Source: a virus. From it: a stretch of DNA of 64,000 nucleotides. Positions 57,746 to 64,000 of the stretch are shown here, piece by piece. Below the pieces are notes generated by a model. The model did no database searches. It saw nothing but the letters and a program-made list of their open reading frames with translations, and was not told the origin of the DNA. The first letter of the stretch is position 1, and each line of letters begins with the position of its first letter. The DNA is taken from UHGV virus genome UHGV-1374997, one strand, 5' to 3'. A program made the position numbers and the translations under genes.

Positions 57746-58630
57746 TTATTCGAGGGGGATATTCAGCATCGGAATATTCTCGCCAGTAACCTTGGGCAAT
57801 ACTCCATTCCATCCTGTAGCCATGATGTATCGGATAAGCTCAGGGGTAAGGGACTCAGCGAGCTTCTTATTCGCTGTATATTGAGCTTCCGCTTTCTTCG
57901 TAATGGAATATGCCTCGGCGTCCGCAATCTTTCGCATAGATTCCGCACGGCCTTCCGCCTCGGCTTTCTTCTTATCCGCCTCAGCTTGCGCAGTTTCAAT
58001 TTCTGTGCGACGCTGCGTAGCAATCTGAATAGCGCCTACCTTAGCATCAATCGCTTCCTTTACGTTCTGGGGAAGCCAGATATTGCCAACAATGGCAATG
58101 TAATCAATCTTAATCCCAAGAGGCGCAAGACGTTCACGAACGGCCTCCGTCACCTGCATGATAAACTCGGTCTTCTTTTCCCCGTAAAGCTGCTCAGAAG
58201 TCCTCGTAGAAGCGGCACGGACAATCTCGTCTCGAATCATATTGTAAACGTATACGTTCGTGATTTCGTCAATGCCCTTTCTGTACGTCTGGAAAAGCAA
58301 AGACACTTTATCGGGATCAACGGAGTAAGACAGAGAAACGTCAGCACTGAGAGAAAGCCCTTCCTTGGATTGGAATTGGAATGCGCCGCTATTTCCGGTT
58401 CCCCGCCATTCCTTTGTCTGCTGCGCCGTAGAGAACGTGAAAAGCTGTTCATTGATGCCTACCCAATAGCGGCCTACACCAAGCTTTTCAGTATCCACAC
58501 CTTTCGACGAGCCAAGCAAATTCACCTTTACGCCGACATATCCAGCCTCGACTTTCTCAATACAAGTAAGAGCGTAAATGCCGAAAGCAAGGACAAAAAC
58601 AAGAGTAACACACGCGATAATCTTTTTCAT
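57746..58630 (-). CDS. SPFH/band-7 (HflC/flotillin-like) membrane protein
   Basis: N-terminal TM helix. SPFH core (AGYVGVKVNLLG...) and the Ala/Glu/Lys-rich coiled-coil tail AEADKKKAEAEGRAESMRKIADAEA typical of band-7 proteins. Confidence 0.75.
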   Translation of the reverse strand: MKKIIACVTLVFVLAFGIYALTCIEKVEAGYVGVKVNLLGSSKGVDTEKLGVGRYWVGINEQLFTFSTAQQTKEWRGTGNSGAFQFQSKEGLSLSADVSLSYSVDPDKVSLLFQTYRKGIDEITNVYVYNMIRDEIVRAASTRTSEQLYGEKKTEFIMQVTEAVRERLAPLGIKIDYIAIVGNIWLPQNVKEAIDAKVGAIQIATQRRTEIETAQAEADKKKAEAEGRAESMRKIADAEAYSITKKAEAQYTANKKLAESLTPELIRYIMATGWNGVLPKVTGENIPMLNIPLE

Positions 58631-58890
58631 TATACATCTTCCTTAGAAATAATTTTAAAAATTTTATAACTCAAAAATACAGTTACGGGGAAACTAATAA
58701 TCAATGCCGCTCCGGTCAGAACCAAAGCCGTAGATTCGGAACTAATCAAAAACGGCAGAAGAAATCCAAACAGCCCAATCACATAAACCAGATTGATCAA
58801 GACGTAAACCAAAAATAGGAGAATATCATCTTCCGTCTTTTGTAGAATTGAAGCACCCTTTTCCGTTTTTTCGTTATTCATCGGAACCAC
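58630..58890 (-). CDS. small two-TM membrane protein, putative SPFH partner (NfeD/YqiJ-like role)
   Basis: 86 aa with two TM helices. Its stop overlaps the SPFH start, indicating translational coupling. Confidence 0.45.
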   Translation of the reverse strand: MVPMNNEKTEKGASILQKTEDDILLFLVYVLINLVYVIGLFGFLLPFLISSESTALVLTGAALIISFPVTVFLSYKIFKIISKEDV

Positions 58891-59146
58891 CTTTATGATC
58901 TAGTTTTTCCCGGAGCTTCCATTCTTGGATAGAACGCTGGAGATATCCTTTTTCCCATTCTTCCACTCCTACCTCCTTTTTTACGGCTACCATAGCGTTT
59001 CTTACTTCCGCGCAAGACCGTTTCAATGCTGCGGTATACGTTACTCCAGCATACTCGTAGCCAAGAGCGGCTACGAGCCTTGCCCGTTCGAGAAATCTTT
59101 CGCACTCAAAGATTGCGGTGTCTACGGTTTTCTTATTAATACTCAT
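58874..59146 (-). CDS. hypothetical protein
   Basis: 90-aa ORF. Confidence 0.4.
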   Translation of the reverse strand: MSINKKTVDTAIFECERFLERARLVAALGYEYAGVTYTAALKRSCAEVRNAMVAVKKEVGVEEWEKGYLQRSIQEWKLREKLDHKGGSDE

Positions 59147-59241
59147 TTTTCAAGCTCCTCCTTTTTTATATGGGTTATCAGTACAAATCTGTTTATCTAT
59201 ATTAGGGGGGCTTAATGCCCCCACTACTTTACAAAATCCAA

Positions 59242-59412
59242 TTATTCGGGCTTCGCGTAATTCGGAGCTTTTACGGGCTTACGAAATTCCGCCTTGCACT
59301 TGTCGCAAAGCTGAGTCCCTCTTACGCGGGGCTTTCCACATTCTGCACAACGCAACGCCTTTTCGGGATTCTTCTTGCCATAGAAAAAGCTGGTAGGAAT
59401 CATAATAGCCAT
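59242..59412 (-). CDS. small Zn-ribbon protein (56 aa, below ORF-track cutoff)
   Basis: Translates by eye to MAIMIPTSFFYGKKNPEKALRCAECGKPRVRGTQLCDKCKAEF..., with RBS ggagaga. Confidence 0.3.
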   Translation of the reverse strand: MAIMIPTSFFYGKKNPEKALRCAECGKPRVRGTQLCDKCKAEFRKPVKAPNYAKPE

Positions 59413-59530
59413 GTTGATCTCTCCTTGTCGATTAAAATGTTTAGATTAAAATGGTTTGATAGAATATTTCCGTGTTCCCTTTCTCTTGAAAGGCATACTA
59501 TGAAATTTTCGTTACCTTGTCAACACTTTT

Positions 59531-60031
59531 TTAAAAATTATTTTCAATGCTCCATTCAATCCAATTCATCCTATCTTTATGCGCGGTTCCATTGGGCTTC
59601 GCTACAGGCCAATAATAGCCCTTCGGATAGCGACCTAACGAGTCCTTGCTAATGCCGCCAAAAAACTTTTTCGTATGATAGTAGTCAAAGTCCTTACGCA
59701 AGAGATTGACCCTTTGCGAGAAGTGGAAAAGCCCATCCCCAAGCCAGAAAGGTTTTTCGGTGGATTCAAAACTGTATAATCTGACACCACTCAACCTCTC
59801 ACGAGTCGCATGTGACTTTCCGAATCGCATATAATATTCGGAACACAAAGTTGCGATATATCTACTCAAATCGTATTCATGCCCTTCCCACATAAGACAA
59901 GCTGGATGGTTCTTTGTGGGCACACGACCAGAAAAAATCTGATAGGCTTCCACGATTTGCTTATTCAGCCTCTTGTTGTCGAGAATCTTAGCCGTTTCAA
60001 GGAAGCCTGGAACGGGAAGAAATGTCTGCAT
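59531..60031 (-). CDS. pyrimidine-dimer DNA glycosylase-like (DenV/Pyr_excise-like) protein
   Basis: N-terminus MQTFLPVPGFLETAKILDNKRLNKQIVEAYQI...NHPACLMW resembles the bacterial and viral endonuclease V-like family. Confidence 0.4.
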   Translation of the reverse strand: MQTFLPVPGFLETAKILDNKRLNKQIVEAYQIFSGRVPTKNHPACLMWEGHEYDLSRYIATLCSEYYMRFGKSHATRERLSGVRLYSFESTEKPFWLGDGLFHFSQRVNLLRKDFDYYHTKKFFGGISKDSLGRYPKGYYWPVAKPNGTAHKDRMNWIEWSIENNF

Positions 60032-60049
60032 GACAATTAACCTCTTTCT

Positions 60050-60403
60050 TTAAGAATTAAAAACGGTGCGCCTACGAAGACTAGAGCATCCTTTAACACG
60101 ATGATTTTCGTCCCGTACAAGTTCGTCGGGGCAAAGCAAATCAATCCTGTCAGACGAATCAAAAACCATGTTCGTTACGATGTACATAACACCCAATTCC
60201 GGAGCGGGCAAGCCTTTAATCTCTCTTTCCACAATTTCACTTACGGGAACAAACCCCTTAGGGTCATGAGCAGACAAAACAGTATCATATTCTCGGGCAT
60301 AGTTAACCCGAGCCATGCCTTCCGGTTCAAAACGAAATAATTCTGTAGTCCCAGAAGGATTGTAAACATTAATCTGGTGCCCGGTGAAATTACGAATCTT
60401 CAT
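60050..60403 (-). CDS. hypothetical protein
   Basis: 117-aa ORF. Confidence 0.4.
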   Translation of the reverse strand: MKIRNFTGHQINVYNPSGTTELFRFEPEGMARVNYAREYDTVLSAHDPKGFVPVSEIVEREIKGLPAPELGVMYIVTNMVFDSSDRIDLLCPDELVRDENHRVKGCSSLRRRTVFNS

Positions 60404-60531
60404 TTTTATCCTCTTTTAGTTTATTTTATACGGGAAGAATAGAAAACACAAAGACCACTATAGCAGCGACAATCATCCTTTCAACGAAACTGAATGTATC
60501 GAAACTTTTCATAGGAGTCAACCATTTTTTT

Positions 60532-60894
60532 CTATTTTTTAAATTTTACGGAGAAATTTGCAAGGCACAAAGTAAGTTCCGTTCCGCAGGAATCACACTT
60601 GAAAATGACATTCGTATGCTCAGAGCCATGTGCTGTCTTATAGTGCATCTTACCCTTACACTGAATACACTTGACATCAATAAATCTGTGGATCAAATGA
60701 GTAGTATTATCGGTCGAAGAAAAATCTGTGCCTTCCGCCAACATCAAAGCAAGCGCGGAATCCCTATAATCAATGCTTCCCGGTCTGGTGTTTTTCCTAA
60801 AGTAATAGTGCTCCGCAAGCTGCATAGGATTAACTTCAAGGTCATCAAAATACCGATCATGTGGGAACATTTTCAAACATTCAGAAAGATTCAT
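60532..60894 (-). CDS. hypothetical protein with C-terminal Zn ribbon
   Basis: Start reassigned to MNLSECL with strong RBS aaggagtg. C-terminal CIQCKG...CDSCG. Confidence 0.4.
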   Translation of the reverse strand: MNLSECLKMFPHDRYFDDLEVNPMQLAEHYYFRKNTRPGSIDYRDSALALMLAEGTDFSSTDNTTHLIHRFIDVKCIQCKGKMHYKTAHGSEHTNVIFKCDSCGTELTLCLANFSVKFKK

Positions 60895-60910
60895 ATTTTC
60901 ACTCCTTTTT

Positions 60911-60951
60911 ATATGCAGCGTGTCCGAGATCGATAAAGACACGCTGCATAT
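60911..60951. repeat. 14-bp inverted repeat (atatgcagcgtgtc / gacacgctgcatat) in the intergenic region
   Basis: Lies between the stop of the 60966 gene and the RBS of the 60894 gene. Confidence 0.6.
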
Positions 60952-60965
60952 AGTGAGTTTATAGT

Positions 60966-61943
60966 TTAGATATCAAAAACAATTTCAGCCATATCAAAGT
61001 ACAGGTAATCACTATAAGTAATAGCTCCGTTACTATTCTCTGTCGCGGAGATTGCGCGTCTCCGAATTTCCGAGATTACCCTAGACAGTTCCGTAATACT
61101 TCTATCCTGATAGGCGTCCGCAAGTTCATGCAAAAGCTGCCTACGGCTCACTGCGTAGGAGCATTCCGTGCTTCTGACAAAAAGATCTCTCTGACTTTCA
61201 GCGGTAAACGCCACAGGTACAGTCTTGCGTCGCGTAAAAACGCCCTTGTAAAAAATAATCTTTTCTTCTTTCACCATGAAAGCATAGTAGCATCGAACAG
61301 GGGATTCCTTAGTTTCCTGCGCAATATCCTCCTGAGTATTAACTTCCTGTGTATGAGCTTCTCTCTGGATGTTAGCTTCTCTCTGGATGTTAGCTTCTCT
61401 CTGCATAGTAGCTTCCTCCTTTTCCTTTACATACAACTTAAGTTTATCCCAATCGTCAGCAGTGATTTCTGAGCACAACTTATTATCTCCAAAAGGGCAC
61501 TCAACATCCTTATTTACGAGAGGACACGTATTGTAGCCGTAGAGAATTTTATTATTACATTGTCTGGCAAGATCTTCAACCAAATTTTCTTCAAACAAAG
61601 ATTTATAAGAATCTATGCCTTCATCAAGAAAACTGGAGTCAATGAGAGGAAAAGGTGCTTCGACCTTCTTCGGCTGGTCTTCATGTTCTACGCTTTTCAA
61701 TTTATTATCCTCCTTTTTTTCTACCATAGCTCTCACCTCGCTCCAATGACTTTCATCTACGTTACCACACATAGCCTTGAGCGGGCATCGACCTTCTTTT
61801 GCATCTGGGCAGACTGCATATACCGTGCAACGCCTGGATGATGTTCTACAAAGATGAGCTAGCTCTTTATCCGTCTTTCTACTTAAAATGAGAGTAAAAA
61901 GTTCTTTCCTTCGCTCTACGTTCCTCTGATAAATATTTGACAT
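60966..61943 (-). CDS. hypothetical Cys-rich protein with internal 18-bp tandem repeats (REANIQ x3)
   Basis: Contains CPDAKEGRCPLKAMCGN and CPLVNKDVECPFGDNKLC. The tandem repeat ttctctctggatgttagc x3 lies around 61360-61415. Confidence 0.45.
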   Translation of the reverse strand: MSNIYQRNVERRKELFTLILSRKTDKELAHLCRTSSRRCTVYAVCPDAKEGRCPLKAMCGNVDESHWSEVRAMVEKKEDNKLKSVEHEDQPKKVEAPFPLIDSSFLDEGIDSYKSLFEENLVEDLARQCNNKILYGYNTCPLVNKDVECPFGDNKLCSEITADDWDKLKLYVKEKEEATMQREANIQREANIQREAHTQEVNTQEDIAQETKESPVRCYYAFMVKEEKIIFYKGVFTRRKTVPVAFTAESQRDLFVRSTECSYAVSRRQLLHELADAYQDRSITELSRVISEIRRRAISATENSNGAITYSDYLYFDMAEIVFDI

Positions 61944-62028
61944 TTCATCCTCCTTGATAAATTCTTCGTAGATAAACTCTTCGTGAACACACTATGCCGA
62001 ATTTTCGCTAGCATGTCAACAATTATGT

Positions 62029-62349
62029 TTATTTAAAAATATACACGATAAGAATTGTAAACAAGACCACCGCACCAAATCCGGCTAGAGAAGCAACTAC
62101 TCCATATGCAAATGATTCGGGAAACTTTTCAACAAAACGCCTTTTCATGACATACATTCTTTGGGAAATCTCTTTTGAGGGAACTTCATATTCACGCCCA
62201 CACATTGTGCATTTCCAAATAAAAACCGCCTCCCCATCTCCTCTTAGTTCGTTCCCATCCTTTTGGAAAACCGTATGTGAACCACCACAAACAGGGCAGT
62301 CCCTTCCAAAATCATATGCTGGCACTGAGATACGAATATCGTTTTTCAT
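62029..62349 (-). CDS. Zn-ribbon + C-terminal TM anchor protein (paralog of 62374..62706)
   Basis: CPVCGG...CTMCG, with a C-terminal hydrophobic helix. Confidence 0.45.
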   Translation of the reverse strand: MKNDIRISVPAYDFGRDCPVCGGSHTVFQKDGNELRGDGEAVFIWKCTMCGREYEVPSKEISQRMYVMKRRFVEKFPESFAYGVVASLAGFGAVVLFTILIVYIFK

Positions 62350-62373
62350 TTAATTATCTCCATTTTTTTTAAA

Positions 62374-62706
62374 TTACTTAAAGAGTGATTCGAAAAGCAG
62401 GAGTCCCAAACAACCTAACCCAAATACACCTATAAAGACCAATGCGGAGCATATCAAAGTTTTGGCTAAATCCTCCCAAAAAATTTTAATAAAAATATAT
62501 TTTAGATGTTCGGTCTTTTGGGAAACCTTTTTCCCCGGAACTACGTAATTATAGGAGCATCTCCGGCATCTCCAAACGAATACCGTTTCTCCATCTTCCG
62601 TTGTTTTTATATCTGGTGTATAACCATTCAAAGGCCAGTCCTCACAGATAGGGCATTTATCCGGGGCCTTATATGCTGGCCTATCCACAATATCGCTGTA
62701 TTTCAT
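62374..62706 (-). CDS. Zn-ribbon + C-terminal TM anchor protein (paralog)
   Basis: CPICED...CRRCS, with a C-terminal hydrophobic helix. Same architecture as its paralog. Confidence 0.45.
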   Translation of the reverse strand: MKYSDIVDRPAYKAPDKCPICEDWPLNGYTPDIKTTEDGETVFVWRCRRCSYNYVVPGKKVSQKTEHLKYIFIKIFWEDLAKTLICSALVFIGVFGLGCLGLLLFESLFK

Positions 62707-62847
62707 TTTAAGATACCTCCTCTTTTTTATCGTTTCGTCCCAATAATCGTAAAGAAGAAAATCACGCTAAGAATTGCTATAACGTAAATAAAATTATCTG
62801 GAATCATGTATGTTTTCCTTTTTTCGTGATTTTATGACTTCGTGATT

Positions 62848-63336
62848 TTATGATTTATTAAATTCGTTTCGCTTCTGCCTCCATATCTCACCACCCAAAA
62901 TTCCCGGAGGAACAATCCATTGATTTGTTCTTCCATAATTTGCACCGTTATTTGCTTCGCGGTAATTTCTGATATACATTTGCATCCACGTATCACTCAA
63001 AGCACCATTCTCTTTTACAAAATACGGAGTTCCTCTATAAGGTAATCTGGACCTATATATAAAAATCTCACGCCCTCCACTCTTCCAATACTTTCTCGTG
63101 TTTTCAAAATTAAAAGAGAACTTTACCTTTTCTACGAGCATCACAGCAGGTTCAAATTCGCCTTTATTGGGATTAAAAACCTCAAGCATCCCCGCTTTAA
63201 CTCTGTCCCGGCGATTGGTTACAAACGATTTTACGAAACCAAGAATTTCATTGGAATCAACACCAATGATAACACCTGTGATATTATGCGTGTGAAGGTA
63301 TCCTATGAAATGACGAGTTTCCGAGTTATCTTTCAT
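62848..63336 (-). CDS. hypothetical protein (first gene of leftward operon)
   Basis: Start reassigned to MKDNSE with RBS aaggag. Confidence 0.4.
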   Translation of the reverse strand: MKDNSETRHFIGYLHTHNITGVIIGVDSNEILGFVKSFVTNRRDRVKAGMLEVFNPNKGEFEPAVMLVEKVKFSFNFENTRKYWKSGGREIFIYRSRLPYRGTPYFVKENGALSDTWMQMYIRNYREANNGANYGRTNQWIVPPGILGGEIWRQKRNEFNKS

Positions 63337-63433
63337 TACCTCATCTCCTTGTGTTAAGATCAACCTACCCTACTTTGAGTTTTCATGCAACAAAATTTTC
63401 TATTTTATGAAAAAATTTTAGCTCCGAAAATAC

Positions 63434-63590
63434 TCCCCACCTGTCCCAAAAATGTTAGCTTGGATCGAGATCCCCACCTCGTCCAAAAATGTTAGCTTGC
63501 CTCGCATCCCCCACCTCTTTCGTTTACGTTAGCTCGGCTGGCATTCCCCACCTGTCCCAAAAATGTTAGCTTGGATCGAGATCCCCACCT
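63434..63590. repeat. array of about 4.3 direct repeats of roughly 37 bp (iteron-like)
   Basis: Units begin TCCCCACCT....AAAATGTTAGCTTG. Units 1 and 4 are identical (63434-63470, 63545-63581). Units 2 and 3 are diverged. Confidence 0.8.
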
Positions 63591-63950
63591 TGTATTAGAG
63601 CGCACGCGACCTTGATTGACTGCACAATCAGAATAGATTGATTGTACGCGCAACCAATATTGCCCCACGGGTACAGAGCAAGAGCGCGTCCATAGATGTA
63701 AGAGCGGGACGCCACAAGGTGAAGCGCGGCCACGTAAAAACGCGAGCTTATACACTAGACACCGTCCATAAGTTTTTTATGGCTGGAGGATGTCCTGCAC
63801 CAGTAAAACGGCTCATTGTCTAGTACTTTGTTCCCACATAAATCGTTTCTGTGGCCTTTTCTTCTCTTTCATGGGTTAACCTCCATGTCTCTTTAAAGAG
63901 CCACTTAAATAGGCATTTTTGAGCGTCTTTTTTCTGTAGTCTAGGTAAGC

Positions 63951-64000
63951 GGGTTAGACGTGCTCAAGCTGTACCGTGCTCAAGCTGTACCGTGCTCAAG
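63951..64000. repeat. 16-bp tandem repeat cgtgctcaagctgtac x about 3 (truncated by window end)
   Basis: Seen directly in the sequence. Confidence 0.7.

Noticed and set aside
57710-58669. 319-aa plus-strand ORF overlapping the SPFH gene
   Set aside because: The minus-strand frame has a clear SPFH domain. The plus frame is low-complexity and Arg/Leu-rich.
63434-63590. Direct repeats of about 37 bp that at first glance resemble a CRISPR array
   Set aside because: The units abut each other without unique spacers and differ internally. This fits iterons or operators, not repeat-spacer architecture.
63492-63755. 87-aa minus-strand ORF overlapping the iteron array
   Set aside because: It is built from the repeat units themselves and is more likely non-coding.
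1-64000. Search for integrase, reverse transcriptase/DGR, CRISPR-Cas and tRNA genes
   Set aside because: No R..H..R..Y recombinase, YxDD reverse-transcriptase motif, cas-like ORFs or tRNA-like sequences were recognised by eye. Absence is not proven without tools.

Overview
The whole window looks like one tailed dsDNA phage or prophage, siphovirus-like with a lambda-type tail tip. Expression signals are sigma70-like and proteobacterial in style: TTGACA-17-TATACT promoters and AGGAGG ribosome-binding sites. The genome is about 42% GC overall, but the most highly expressed late genes use GC-rich, Escherichia coli-like codons.

Gene order on the + strand:
- Replication and nucleotide metabolism, 45-16650: SNF2 helicase, Cas4-like PD-(D/E)XK nuclease, DUF2815-like SSB, HU-like protein, Lar-like protein, family A DNA polymerase, RtcB ligase, a divergent ThyX-like protein, a GIY-YIG homing endonuclease, dUTPase, anaerobic ribonucleotide reductase NrdD with its activase NrdG, and a P-loop kinase.
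- HK97-type head and lambda-type tail, 16866-45205: portal, prohead protease, major capsid, gp6-like and head-closure connectors, major tail protein, G/GT chaperone with a -1 frameshift site, tape measure, M/L/K-like tail tip proteins, an I-J fusion with five FN3-like repeats, side tail fibre with assembly protein, and a second protein with a major-tail-like N-terminal domain.
- A block of small late genes plus the large terminase subunit, 46583-52158. The terminase P-loop is interrupted by a 147-aa mini-intein.

A leftward block of mostly small genes (52262-63336, - strand) carries an HNH endonuclease, an SPFH/band-7 protein with a small membrane partner, a stand-alone ImmA C-terminal-domain mini-protein, a pyrimidine-dimer glycosylase-like protein, and Zn-ribbon and Cys-rich proteins.

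The most notable feature is three copies of a TnpB-only IS200/IS605-family element with no TnpA. They sit in the tail tip operon, after the tail-fibre region and in the leftward block. All have intact RuvC and Zn-finger motifs, a conserved 3' terminal RNA-like module, mosaic gene conversion between copies and unusual flanking structure, including an 80-bp tandem duplication.

Non-coding features include a 30-bp perfect inverted repeat at the junction of convergent transcription, an array of roughly 37-bp direct repeats (iterons) at the head of the leftward operon, and several hairpin terminators. No integrase, CRISPR array, rRNA or tRNA was recognised by eye.
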